Positions 1 to 9,896 of a stretch of 64,000 nucleotides of DNA are shown here, in pieces. A model generated the notes under the pieces. It was given only the letters and a program-made list of their open reading frames with translations, was not told the origin of the DNA and did not search any database. The DNA is from an uncultured Phycisphaerales bacterium (GTDB taxonomy: Bacteria; Planctomycetota; Phycisphaerae; Tepidisphaerales; Tepidisphaeraceae). Each line of letters opens with the position of its first letter. Within the stretch, counting starts at the first letter, position 1. The position numbers and the translations under genes were made by a program. The DNA lies in NCBI GenBank assembly GCA_963758525.1, contig CAVWVQ010000003.1:3360001-3424000 (forward strand), read 5' to 3'.

Positions 1-969
1 GCGAGCACTTCGTGCACGCTCTTGAACTGCTGCTCGGCATGCGGATGGCCGACGTCCAGCACGTGCAGCAGCAGATCGGCATGGACTGCCTCCTCGAGCG
101 TGGCGCGAAAACTGGCGACCAGGTTGTGCGGCAGATCGCGCACAAACCCGACGGTGTCGGACAGGAGCACCTCGGTGCCGCGCTCGATGCGCCACGCCGC
201 GCGTTTTCGTGTCGAGCGTCGCAAAGAGTTTGTCATCGGCATACGCGCCGGCGGCGGTGAGCGTGTTAAAGAGGGTGCTTTTGCCGGCGTTGGTGTAGCC
301 GACGATGCAGACGGTGAAATGCTCCAGGTTGCGCTGCTCGACCATGCGGGCCTTGCGGCCCTGGATGTGATCGATCTGCTCCTGGAGCATCGAGATGCGC
401 TTGCGGACCAGACGCCGGTCGATTTCAAGCTGCTGTTCGCCGGGGCCGCGCGTTCCGATCCCGGCCGGGGCGCCGCCGGCGATGCGCTCCAGATGGCCCC
501 ACATCCGCGTGAGGCGCGGATAGGTGTATTGCATCTGCGCCAGCTCGACCTGCAGTTTTGCCTCATGCGTCCGTGCCCGCGTGGCGAAGATGTCGAGAAT
601 CAATTCTGAACGATCGAGCACTTTGACGCCTTCGCCGCGCGGGGAGCCGAGCTCCTCGTTGATGATTTTTTCCAGGCCGCCGATCTGGCCGGGGCTCAGG
701 TCGTTGTCGAAGATGATGACGTCGGCCTTTTCCTTCTTCGCGAGGTGCGCGGCTTCGAGCGCCTTGCCGCTGCCGATGTACGTGCCGGCATCTATTTTCT
801 GGCGGCGCTGGAGGATTTGACCGACCACTTTTGCCCCCGCGGTTTTCGCCAGCGAGGCAAGCTCGCCCAGCGGATCGCGCGGATCCGCGGTCGTATTGGG
901 AAGGATGACCCCAACGAGCACCGCCCGCTCCTGGCGGACGGACAACTCGGTTCGCTTCAACTCGGCCAA
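1..969 (-). CDS. hflX: GTPase HflX (3' end runs off window; +1 indel near 200)
   Basis: Manual translation gives RAVLVGV...[10 protein letters not shown]...[29 protein letters not shown]...[12 protein letters not shown]...[13 protein letters not shown]...LFATLDT...[28 protein letters not shown] start assumed. Confidence 0.93.
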   Translation of the reverse strand, partial: MAELKRTELSVRQERAVLVGVILPNTTADPRDPLGELASLAKTAGAKVVGQILQRRQKIDAGTYIGSGKALEAAHLAKKEKADVIIFDNDLSPGQIGGLEKIINEELGSPRGEGVKVLDRSELILDIFATRARTHEAKLQVELAQMQYTYPRLTRMWGHLERIAGGAPAGIGTRGPGEQQLEIDRRLVRKRISMLQEQIDHIQGRKARMVEQRNLEHFTVCIVGYTNAGKSTLFNTLTAAGAYADDKLFATLDTKTRGVAHRARHRGAPVRHRRVCARSAAQPGRQFSRHARGGSPCRSAAARAGRRPSACRAAVQERARSAR

Positions 970-1023
970 ATGTTTCTCCCGACGGAACAGTCGCTTGGTC
1001 CGGGAGGATTATAGCTGGGATTC

Positions 1024-1315
1024 GCCAGAAGCCAGAAGGGGGTGGGAGGAGCTGGAAGCAAGGAGCCAGGAGCAAGCAGCCAGAAGCAAGGAGCCAGAAG
1101 TCAGGAGCCAGAAGAAAAGCAGCGAGAAGCCGGAAGCCAGCCAAGCCAGAAGCCGGTGGGGTTCCGATCACAGATTTGAAATTTGAAATATCTGAAATCT
1201 GAAATCGTCTAATTTGAAATTGGAAATTTGAGATCTTCTTCTCCTTCTCCTGGCTCCTGACTCCTGGCTTCTGACTCCTACTTGTCCCCTCCCCTTCTGG
1301 CTTCTGACTCCTTCT
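1024..1315. repeat. Nested heptamer-repeat element: outer (AGAAGCC/GGAGCCA)n arm and its inverse around an inner (TTTGAAA/TCTGAAA)n tract
   Basis: gccagaagccagaag...ggagccagaagtcaggagccagaag, then tttgaaatttgaaatatctgaaatctgaaat, then ctcctggctcctgactcctggcttctgactcc. Confidence 0.85.
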
Positions 1316-1402
1316 TCCCTATAATTCCCCGTTCCTCGGGATTGACGCAGTCGGCGGAGGACGGCCGATGTCGCGGTCCCGCAAACCACTTGGAGATGCG
1401 CC

Positions 1403-1828
1403 ATGGCAGAAGCCGGAAATCAGGAATTCCCCACCGTGCTCGGACCCGATGCGACGTTCAAGGGAGAACTGACATTCGAGAAGGGGATGCGCGTGATGGG
1501 GCGATTCGAAGGCAAGGTCACTTCGCCGGGCAGAATTCACATTGCCCGCGAAGCGAAGATGCAGGCGGACGTCGAAGCCGGCGCGATTATTGTCGAGGGT
1601 GAAGTGAAGGGAAATCTGTCGGCCAGCGATCGCATCGAGCTGAAGCAGTCGGCCAATTACGAGGGCGATCTTCGGGCCAGCAAACTCGTGGTCGACGAGG
1701 GCGCCGTGTTCAGCGGGCACGTGAGCGTTGGTCCCGAAGCCGTGAAGGGTCGCACGCCGCAACCCGGCGGCGGCGTCGTTCGGCCCGGCGGAATTCCCGG
1801 CCAGCCGCAACCCGCCAAGATCGGCTAA
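1403..1828 (+). CDS. Bactofilin (polymer-forming cytoskeletal protein, CcmA/DUF583)
   Basis: TVLGPDATFKGELTF...GRFEGKV...IIVEGEVKGNL...IELK...YEGDLRASKLVVDEGAVFSGHVSV beta-helix pattern; GGAG RBS. Confidence 0.92.
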   Translation: MAEAGNQEFPTVLGPDATFKGELTFEKGMRVMGRFEGKVTSPGRIHIAREAKMQADVEAGAIIVEGEVKGNLSASDRIELKQSANYEGDLRASKLVVDEGAVFSGHVSVGPEAVKGRTPQPGGGVVRPGGIPGQPQPAKIG

Positions 1829-1843
1829 CGCATCGCCCTAACG

Positions 1844-2274
1844 ATGGCATCTGAAGAATATAAAGTTCCCACTCCCGATGATCGCCAGACGATCGTCTGT
1901 CTGTATTGCAACAAGTCGCAGGAGATCGGTGCAAGGCGCTGTCGGTGACGTGCCGGTATTGCAGCAAATCATTGAAGCTCGAAGACCTCCGCTACAAGGA
2001 TTACCAGGCCCGGCGAGTGATCGAAACCTGCGGCATTGTCACGGTCGAACGTAAGGCCAACGTCGTCGCCGATCGTGTCAATTGCGGCGGGCTGATCGTC
2101 CGCGGCCGGCTCAAAGGGGCGGTCAACAGCCGCGGCCCGGTGCTCGTCGGGCCCGAAGCGGAAATCAACGGAGACGTGACCGCGCCAATCCTGGCGATCG
2201 GCGCGGGGGCGATCCTCGAGGGAAAGTACGCCATCGGCCAAACGAAAGAAAAAGACGATAACGCTCCCGCGTAG
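1844..2274 (+). CDS. Zinc-ribbon-fused bactofilin (indel near 1930)
   Basis: MASEEY...CLYCNK joins ...TCRYCSK, then IVRGRLKGAV...VGPEAEINGDVTAPILAIGAGAILEG. Confidence 0.8.
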
Positions 2275-2299
2275 AATCGCTGACGTTCGAAAGTCGATC

Positions 2300-2324
2300 G
2301 TAGCCGCGGATGTACATCCGCGGC
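2300..2324. repeat. GTAG-type REP-like palindrome (second copy 44352-44376)
   Basis: GTAGCCGCGGAT(G/C)TACATCCGCGGC in two intergenic regions. Confidence 0.7.
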
Positions 2325-2361
2325 TTCTGTCGTTTCAGCGCACACTCGAAGTACGACCGAA

Positions 2362-3424
2362 TCACGCTGTCGCGACCGGCGCAGCGATACGAAGCTGCTC
2401 TTCCGCCAGGGTCAGCACCGGCTCGATGCCGAGCCATTGCAGGCAACTTTGGTGCGAGCATTTCCGCGAAAAGCAGGGGCTGCAGGGAATCTTGAGTCGC
2501 ACGACCGAATCCATCCGCCCGAACGGGCCGGTTCGAATTGGATCGGTCGGACCGTACATCGTGACCAACGGTTTTCCCAGGGCCGCGGCAATGTGCATCG
2601 GACCGGTATCGGCGGCTATGACCAGCTTTGCGCTTTCGAGCAATGCCACGAGCTGACGCAGCGTTGTCTTGCCGGTGAGGTCTTGCGCGCCGTGATCTGC
2701 GCGGCCAGAGCCGCGTCGCCCGGCGCACGGCGACGATGCATCGAAGGCCGAATCGCTCCCCAATGGGTCGGACCAGCGCCGAAAAGCGTTGCGGGGGCCA
2801 GCGCTTGGTATCCCAGTTGGCTCCGGGAAGCAGCACCGCATAGGGCCCGGGGTCGGGCAATTGAGAGGCAATGTGCGCTCGATCTTTGTCATCCACGGCA
2901 AAGTGAAACTCGATCGGAGCTTTCCCGACGCCCAGCGCCGCGGCGATGCAAAGATATCGCTCGACCGCATGATCCTCCCACGATGCGGCAACGCGGTGCG
3001 TGTAAAAGAGCCAGCCGAGCTCACGCGCATGGGAGAAGCCGACGCGCAGCGGGGCTCTGGTCTGCCCGCTGAACCATCCACTGCGAAACAATCCCTGCAA
3101 ATCAACGACCAGATCGAACCCGCCCCGGCGAATGTCGTCATTGAGCCCCAGCAGCTTCAGCGCACCTGCCGGACTGCGCCAGGCGCTGCGCATTCCAACC
3201 CGGTCGAAACGGATCACTTGATCAATCTGCGGATGATTCTCCACCAGCGCAGCGCAGGCCGGCGTGACGAGCCAGGTGATGTGCGCCGCCGGCCAGCGAC
3301 GGCGGATGAGATTCAACACCGGCAGCGAATGCACGATGTCGCCAATGGCGCTGGGCTTAATGATTAGAATGCGCTGCGGCGCCTGCGGAATCGGCACCGT
3401 CGCGACAGTAGAGCTGCCAGTCAC
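2362..3424 (-). CDS. LPS heptosyltransferase, glycosyltransferase family 9 (indel near 2720)
   Basis: RILIIKPSAIGDIVHSLP, FDLVVDLQGLFRS, PGANWDTKRWP, then DLTGKTTLRQL...DTGPMHIAAALGKP in a second frame. Confidence 0.9.
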
Positions 3425-4932
3425 TTGACGGTCTCCTGCGATGAAGCTGCCGCGATCTCCGCAATCGCTTCATTGTCGCGAATCAGGGGCGCGTACGGCG
3501 CGTAGCCCTGGCAGAGCGCCAGCGAATCCGCGGCGGTGTATTGCCGATGCGCGCGCAGGCTGCGGAGCAGACGAGTGATGCCCAGGGCGACCCAGCGGCG
3601 CTGGCGGACTCCATCGACGTCGATCAGCACCGGGGACGGCCCGAGCTTGTCATCCTCCCGCACGATCCAGTTGCTCGACTTGGCGTCAAAGTGCGAGAAG
3701 CCGAGCTGCTCGATCCGCCGAAGAATCCGTCCGATGCGGCGGAACAGCAGCTCGCGCGCCAGAGGCTGGAGCGCATCGAGATCGGTTTGCCAGAGTGTTT
3801 TGCCGGGCACGCATTCGAAGATGATGAGGTTGTCGACGACATAGCCGAGTTTGCGCCGTTCGAGCATGAGCAGGGGCCATGCCGTGGGCAGATTGCGGAT
3901 CAGCAGTTTCCAGGCTTTCCGCCAGGCGCGCCGCGAGCGCGGTCCCCGGCCGATTTCGTTGATGTAACGATACCAGTAGCGCCGGCGCGGGCGCTTGATG
4001 ATGATGTCGATCTCCTCGCCGGCGAGTCGCACGCGCCCGCGCAGCACGTCGCCGCTGGGGCTGCGCTTGATGATCGGGAGCTGATCGGCCTCCATCGCGG
4101 CAAGCAATGCCGGCAGCGCTGCAAGCCAGTCGCGGCGATCGATCGTCAACTGGCTCGCTCGGGACCAGCGGCGGGGATTCTTCTCCTGCTTAAAGAAATG
4201 TCCGTGCCACCCTTCGCAATCGAGCTGTCCGAAATAGCGGTTGTTTCCGGTAATTCTGTAGATCCATTCCCGGGAGAATTGCGCAGTAACCGGATTGCGC
4301 ACCGGCATGCGCCCGCCGGGGCCCAGTTCGTCCCAGCCGCGCTGCAGGTCGGTGAGCGTCGCGTAGCGCCCGACGCTGTTGGCCAGCAGTTGCAGGTCGC
4401 GCAGCCGCATGCCGTCGTCATGCACGGCATAGGCGTCCAGCAGATGCAGCTTTCCTTCGTGCAGCAGCAAATTGCCCAAGTGCAGATCCTTGTGGCCGAG
4501 CTTGGCTTTGACCAATTGCTGGATGAGCGAGCGGATCTGCCCGGCCAACTCAAGATGGTTGGGAATCGGATCTCCGTTGAGCTCGCACTGATTGAGCAGC
4601 GCGTCGAGTTGAACGGACGGCTCGATCGCGTCGATCACGACGGCGTCGCCTCGGCGGGGCCCGATATGGAATCCCATCAGAACCGCGATCGCGCGCGGGG
4701 CGGGAATTTGCGCCTTCTGAAGACGCTGCAGCCGGAGAAATTCCAGCATCGCCGGGCTTCCGCGGGCAAGCCGGCGCAGCCAATCGCGATAGCCCCCGAT
4801 CGGATAAAACTTCAGGAAATAGCCCCGACCCCCAAACTCGAAACGCCAGACCTGGCGATACCCGCGGTCCTTCACGAGCGTTCCGATGCGAGGGAGCTCT
4901 TTGAGCGCTAGTTCCAGCCCGGGCAACGACAC
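3421..4932 (-). CDS. LPS kinase (Kdo/WaaP/InaA family) with two tandem kinase-like domains
   Basis: HKDLHLGNLL...LLD and HFDAKSSNW...LIDVDG motifs; stop overlaps the GT9 start; GTG start chosen after TATACT. Confidence 0.8.
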   Translation of the reverse strand: MSLPGLELALKELPRIGTLVKDRGYRQVWRFEFGGRGYFLKFYPIGGYRDWLRRLARGSPAMLEFLRLQRLQKAQIPAPRAIAVLMGFHIGPRRGDAVVIDAIEPSVQLDALLNQCELNGDPIPNHLELAGQIRSLIQQLVKAKLGHKDLHLGNLLLHEGKLHLLDAYAVHDDGMRLRDLQLLANSVGRYATLTDLQRGWDELGPGGRMPVRNPVTAQFSREWIYRITGNNRYFGQLDCEGWHGHFFKQEKNPRRWSRASQLTIDRRDWLAALPALLAAMEADQLPIIKRSPSGDVLRGRVRLAGEEIDIIIKRPRRRYWYRYINEIGRGPRSRRAWRKAWKLLIRNLPTAWPLLMLERRKLGYVVDNLIIFECVPGKTLWQTDLDALQPLARELLFRRIGRILRRIEQLGFSHFDAKSSNWIVREDDKLGPSPVLIDVDGVRQRRWVALGITRLLRSLRAHRQYTAADSLALCQGYAPYAPLIRDNEAIAEIAAASSQETVK

Positions 4933-4952
4933 GACGGGAGTATAGTGGGGGA

Positions 4953-5060
4953 GAGGCACGAAGGCACGATTGGGGAAGGCACCATTCGGGAAGGCACGAA
5001 GGCACGGAGGCACGAAGGGTGAGGAAGGGGAAAGAGAGGCACTGAGGCAGGAAGGGAAAT
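4953..5060. repeat. Octamer repeat arm (GGCACGAA/GGCACGGA)n
   Basis: gaggcacgaaggcacg...gaaggcacgaaggcacggaggcacgaagg; related arms at 30515-30558 and 58626-58822. Confidence 0.75.
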
Positions 5061-5172
5061 GGAAACACGCGGCGCAGAGCAGAGGCTGGGAGCCTTCGTC
5101 GTTTATCCGGCGGTCGAACTCGCCATCCGCGCCGCCGTGGCTTGCCCTTCGCGCGATGCAGCGCCCTGCGAA

Positions 5173-6577
5173 CTACCCTGCCGCGCTCTCGCTGACCTCT
5201 GCGGCGACTTGCATTCCTGTCGCGACTTCCGGCGGGAGGATGCCCTTCTGGACGTAAAGCTTCCGCACAATCGGACGCAGCACCGGCAGCTTGAGCGCGA
5301 AGTTAATGCCAACCAGAACGCAGATCGCCCCCTCGATGACGAGGGTATGCGAAGCGCCGGTGACGGCAGCAGACACTGAGTTCGCATGCGCACGGCCAAA
5401 CCACGCCGCAAGCTCGCCGGCCATCAGATTGCCCCACGGAGCCATTCCCAGGAACGAAACTGCGAAGAGACTCATGACCCTCCCCCGCATGTTGTCGTCG
5501 ACGAAGGTTTGTATCAACGTGTTGGACGACGCGAAGGTGATGATCATGGCGCACCCGGCCACGGGACAGATCATCAGCGAAAGCCACAGATGATGTGAGA
5601 ATGAGAAGGCCATCAGCGCTGCTCCAAACGCGACCGCTCCGCAGGCGATCACCCGGCCCAGCCCCAGGACGGTGCGCCGCGACGCGAGATAGATCGATCC
5701 GACCAGCGCCTCCGCCGCCGGAGGCAGTCATGAGCAACCCGAGTGTTTGTGCGCCGTGCGCGGGGCCGCCGAAAAAATCGCCGAAGATCGGCATGAGGAT
5801 GCTGAACGCGGGCATGCCGGTCAGACTGAAGACCGCCATGAGAACGAGCAGGGCGCGGATGGGAGCGAAGTTCCAGACGTACCGAAAGCCGTCGAGCAAA
5901 TCCGCAAAGACGCTGCGCGGCGCGGGCATGACCCGCGGAGCGATGCTCATGGCGATCAGGGCCGCGATCACGGCGACGTAGCTGACGCCATCAAGAAGGA
6001 AGCAAAGGCCCGCTCCGACCCAGCCGATCAGCAGCCCCGCCAGCGCCGGGCCGATCAACCGCGCCCCGTGCACCATCATCGAATTGAGCGCGATGGCGTT
6101 CGCCAGGTCGGTGCGGTCGGTCACCATTTCAACGACAAACGCCTGGCGCGCGGGAATATCAACGGCGTTCACGAGCCCCTGGAAGACGCTCAGGGCAATG
6201 ATTTCCGGCACGTTGATCAGGTGCGTCAGCGCGAGATACGCCAGCGCGAAGGACTGAACCATCGCCAGCGTCTGCGTGGCGACCAGGAGCTTCTGGCGAT
6301 TGACCCGATCGGCCCAAACGCCGGCGAATGGCGCCAGGACAAACATTGGAATCTGCCCGGCAAATCCGACCACGCCCAGCACCCAGGCCTTGTGGGTCAT
6401 CGAATAGACGAGCCAGAGAGTCGCGACCTGCGTGAGGAACGTGCCGACGAGCGAGACCAACTGTCCGGCGAAAAAGAGCCGGTAATTCCGGTGGCGCAGC
6501 GCCCGCAGCAGCATCGGCGTGCGGCCTTCATGCGGCTTGGCATAGTCAATCACATTCGCGGGCGCGGTGTCGCTCAT
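5173..6577 (-). CDS. MFS transporter (indel near 5705)
   Basis: RALRHRNYRLFFAGQLVSLVGT, AGVWADRVNRQKLL, DIPARQAFVVEMV, MRGRVMSLF; many hydrophobic segments. Confidence 0.9.
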
Positions 6578-6627
6578 CGATGCTCGATGATAGGGAAGAT
6601 GCGCCCGTCATGCGACGAACGTGCGAT

Positions 6628-7508
6628 TTAGTGGTGCGGAAAATAGACCTGAATGTATGAGTAGATCAGCGAGAAGATGCCAACGATCACGCTCGCCCAG
6701 AGCGTGATTTTGAGGATGCGGATGCGGTTGGCGATTTCCTTGTCGCGCCATTCGGCGAGCCGGCGGTCGATCTCATCGAGCTTGCGGTCGATGCGGGCTT
6801 CGACTTCGTCGAGCTTCTGGTTCAGATAGGAATCCGCGGTCTTCTTGATGCGGTTGGTGATCCCACCGAACAGGCCGGACTCTTCGATATCGTCCTTAAT
6901 CGTGGCGCGCGCGGGGCGGCAGACGGGGCTTCAGATCGCGGCGCTGGATCTGAGGGAAGAAACTGATAGTCCGATGCGCTTCCCTCTTCGCCGATCATGT
7001 TGGCGACGAGCGAGCCAAGTGCCGCCCGCCGCTTGCGGTTGAGCTTGGAGAAGAGGCCCTCTTTTTTCTTGAGGCTGCGGATCAGCGCGGGAACTGGAGC
7101 ATCATCGGGGGCGATCAATCCGCGCAGCCGAACCAGCACGAGCAGCCCGCGCTGCGACAGGCCGCTGAATTTCATCAGCCGGATGCGGGCAATCTCCTGG
7201 GCGATCTGCTCCTTGGTGGCGCTGGCGGTGACGGGACGGCGGCCCCAGCGGACGACGTCGAGCATCGCCTCGCGGTCCAGCCCGGCGATCAGTTGCCGGC
7301 GGTCGTGAATCGCCGCCACCAGGTGCTGACGTGTCTTATATTCAGTCGGATCGAGTCCGAATTCCTCGGCCAGATGGTTCAGCTCATCGCGCGGCATCTC
7401 GGCCAACTGGCGCAGCGGCGCGCTGGCCAGGCTCATCGCATCATTTGCGACGGCTGTGCCGGGCCGCGCGTCACCGGGCAGCAGTTTGCGTTCAGTGGTA
7501 TCGGGCAT
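6628..7508 (-). CDS. Hypothetical helical protein with C-terminal coiled coil and TM helix (indel near 6905)
   Basis: ORF 6822-7508 continues in another frame as ...QKLDEVEARIDRKLDEIDRRLAEWRDKEIANRIRILKITLWASVIVGIFSLIYSYIQVYFPHH*. Confidence 0.65.
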
Positions 7509-7824
7509 GGGGCTGCAGGTTGGTGGACCTTGCGATCTGGCTCATCGTTGCCTCCAGATCATAAATCAGACGATGGGCATGGCACAAAATCAAAAACGCC
7601 ACGCAGAGCAAGCCGCAGATAATGACATCTCCCCAGAAGGTGCGAAAGCGCAGCCGCAAGCCGTGCAAGACCAGATAGCGCCGAAGCATCCCCATGTATT
7701 TGTCGCTGCCCGCGAGCCAGACGTACCAGCCGTAGAGCGACTGGAGCGTGATCACCGTCGCATAAATCGTAACGACGGTACCCAGCGCGTAGCGGAAGAA
7801 ATTGAAAAAGTCGATGGAAGGCAT
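7492..7824 (-). CDS. Small two-TM membrane protein
   Basis: 110-aa ORF with two hydrophobic helices; overlaps the next gene; co-oriented with yggS. Confidence 0.6.
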   Translation of the reverse strand: MPSIDFFNFFRYALGTVVTIYATVITLQSLYGWYVWLAGSDKYMGMLRRYLVLHGLRLRFRTFWGDVIICGLLCVAFLILCHAHRLIYDLEATMSQIARSTNLQPHARYH

Positions 7825-7830
7825 TGGGGG

Positions 7831-8008
7831 AGAAGCCAGAAGTCAGGAGCAAGAAGCCAGAAGCCAGGAGCAAGAAGCCAGCAAGGCAGGATCTCAAATT
7901 TGAAATCTCAAATCGGAGCACCGAACTGTTTTCCGGGAACAGGCGTTGCTGGCTGCCTTCCTTCCGTCCTTACTTCTCCTTACTTCTGGCTTCTGGCTCC
8001 TGACTTCT
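7831..8008. repeat. (AGAAGCC/GGAGCAA)n inverted heptamer element with inner TCTCAAA/TTTGAAA tract
   Basis: Same architecture as 1024-1315; right arm overlaps the yggS stop codon. Confidence 0.8.
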
Positions 8009-8780
8009 ATTCTTCAATCTCCTCATGATCCGCCACCTTCCCGCCAAAGAGAAGCGTGCCAATGCGTACCATGGTGGAGCCTTCGGCGATGGCTAGCTCG
8101 AAATCGTCGCTCATTCCCATGCTCAGGTGCTTCAACCCGGCTCCGCCGATCTTGTGCCATTTCATTTCTTCAAACAGCTCGCGCGTCCGGCTGAACGCCT
8201 GCCGCACCTTCGGCTCGGGCTGATCGAGCGGGCCCATCGTCATGAGCCCGGTGAGCTGAAGGTTGGGCATCGAATCGATCTGCTCGGCAAGATGGACCGC
8301 CGCCCCGACGGCGACGCCGTATTTGCTTGCCTCTTCGGACGCATTGACCTGCAGCAGCAACTGGACCTTTCGGCCCAGACGCGCGGCGTGCGCATCCAAC
8401 TCCTCGGCGAGCCGCAGGCTGTCCACGCTGTGAATCAGGCTCACCAATGGCAAAATGCCCTTCACCTTGTTGCGTTGCACGTGCCCGATCATGTGCCAGC
8501 GTACTTTTTCCGGCACGCTTCCCTCCCCGTGGGCGATGCGCCGCTGCATAAATTCGTTCACTTGTGCGGTGCGCTGCGAAAGGATCTGCACCCGGCTTTC
8601 GCCCAGATCGGGGACGCCGAGCTGCAGAATCTCGCGGATTTGCTCCGGAGCGGCGGTTTTCGTGACCGCGATCAGCGTGATTTCGGCTGGATCGCGCTTC
8701 GCTTTGCCAGCGGCGGCGGCGAGCCGATCCCTCACAAGATGCAACTTCTCGGCTAGCGGCGAACGTTTGGCCATCGTCAT
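8007..8780 (-). CDS. yggS: PLP homeostasis protein, YggS family
   Basis: LIAVTK, LGESRVQ, WHMIGHVQRNK, IHSVDSLRLA, GLMTM, LSMGMSDDFELAIAEGSTMVRIGT. Confidence 0.95.
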   Translation of the reverse strand: MTMAKRSPLAEKLHLVRDRLAAAAGKAKRDPAEITLIAVTKTAAPEQIREILQLGVPDLGESRVQILSQRTAQVNEFMQRRIAHGEGSVPEKVRWHMIGHVQRNKVKGILPLVSLIHSVDSLRLAEELDAHAARLGRKVQLLLQVNASEEASKYGVAVGAAVHLAEQIDSMPNLQLTGLMTMGPLDQPEPKVRQAFSRTRELFEEMKWHKIGGAGLKHLSMGMSDDFELAIAEGSTMVRIGTLLFGGKVADHEEIEE

Positions 8781-8848
8781 TCCCTGTTCTTTCCCCTCGC
8801 CGGTGCATTATAAAGGGCCGGCGCGCCACGGTATAGCAGGCAACCAGG

Positions 8849-9439
8849 ATGACCAACCAACAAACTCGCTTCGAGCGCGCCATTTTCCTCTTCGACCAGG
8901 CCAATGCGCGCGATCCGAACCAGATCCTCATCGACGGTGAAAATCGCCCGCGCGAGCTCGTGTACGCGCAGCGCATGACCGACTGGCTGAATCGCATCGC
9001 TCCCGACGCTTCAGAGCCGCTGCGACTGGCCGCTCGCTCGCAACACATCTGCCGATGGACCCGGCCACGAGCGGATTATCCGATGACGCGGGCCGGGTAT
9101 CACCGCTGGCGAACCGACCTGGGCCGTTTTCACGCAGAGACGGCTGGAGCCATTTTGCGCGACTCCGGATATGGCCAGACGGTGATCGACCGCGTCGGCT
9201 CGCTGTTGCGCAAGGAGCATCTCAAGACCGATCCTGAGGCGCAGACTTTGGAAGACGTCATCTGCCTGGTCTTCCTCGAAAATTATTTCGCCGATTTCGC
9301 GGCTCAGCATCCGCGCGAGAAGGTGATCGAGATCGTGCGGAAGACGTGGAGGAAAATGTCGCCGCGAGGTCACGAGCTGGCGATGGGGCTGCCGCTGACG
9401 CCGGGCGCCGCAGATCTGGTTCGCGAGGCCCTCGCGTAG
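8849..9439 (+). CDS. DUF4202 family protein
   Basis: FDQANARDPN, ELVYAQRMTDWL, LAARSQHICRW, GYHRWR, QTLEDVICLVFLE, KTWRKMS. Confidence 0.85.
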   Translation: MTNQQTRFERAIFLFDQANARDPNQILIDGENRPRELVYAQRMTDWLNRIAPDASEPLRLAARSQHICRWTRPRADYPMTRAGYHRWRTDLGRFHAETAGAILRDSGYGQTVIDRVGSLLRKEHLKTDPEAQTLEDVICLVFLENYFADFAAQHPREKVIEIVRKTWRKMSPRGHELAMGLPLTPGAADLVREALA

Positions 9440-9896
9440 GGCGGGATTTATCCCGCCGCTTGCTTGCGAAACCGCAAAATACGATGGGATGAATGCCGCG
9501 TTAGCTGGGAGCCCGTTTCAGGATCTTCAGCCGCTGGGGGAGAGGAAGTTTTCAGAATTGAGGGCGACATACCCCCTCTCCCGGTAATCCGGGAGAGGGC
9601 GGGGGTGAGGGTGATTTCGAACGTCGGGCGCCGCTGGTTCTCGAAATCACCGTCACCCCAACCCTCTCCCGGATTACCGGGAGAGGGGGTAAAGAAGCGC
9701 TCGATCCGAGCTTCGGAGTACCTCAGACTCCCCCGTAGCACTGCCGTCCCGGCTGTGATTCCGACGGCCGCAGCCGAGACGGCCGTGCTACAAAATTGCC
9801 TCACTCGCGAGTTTCGTACTTGAAAAGTAGGGCGGGATTCATCCCGCCGCTTCCTCGCGAAACCGCAAAAGAACGGCGGGATGAATCCCGCCCTAC
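9436..9896. repeat. Mosaic of palindromic repeats between convergent genes
   Basis: GTAGGGCGGGATT(T/C)ATCCCGCC REPs (9436; doublet 9828-9896), CCCTCTCCC..GGGAGAGGG hairpin (~9572-9689), ATCCGAG(C)CTTCGGAGTACCTCAGACTC (9704-9730), GTAGCAC...GTGCTAC pair. Confidence 0.85.
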
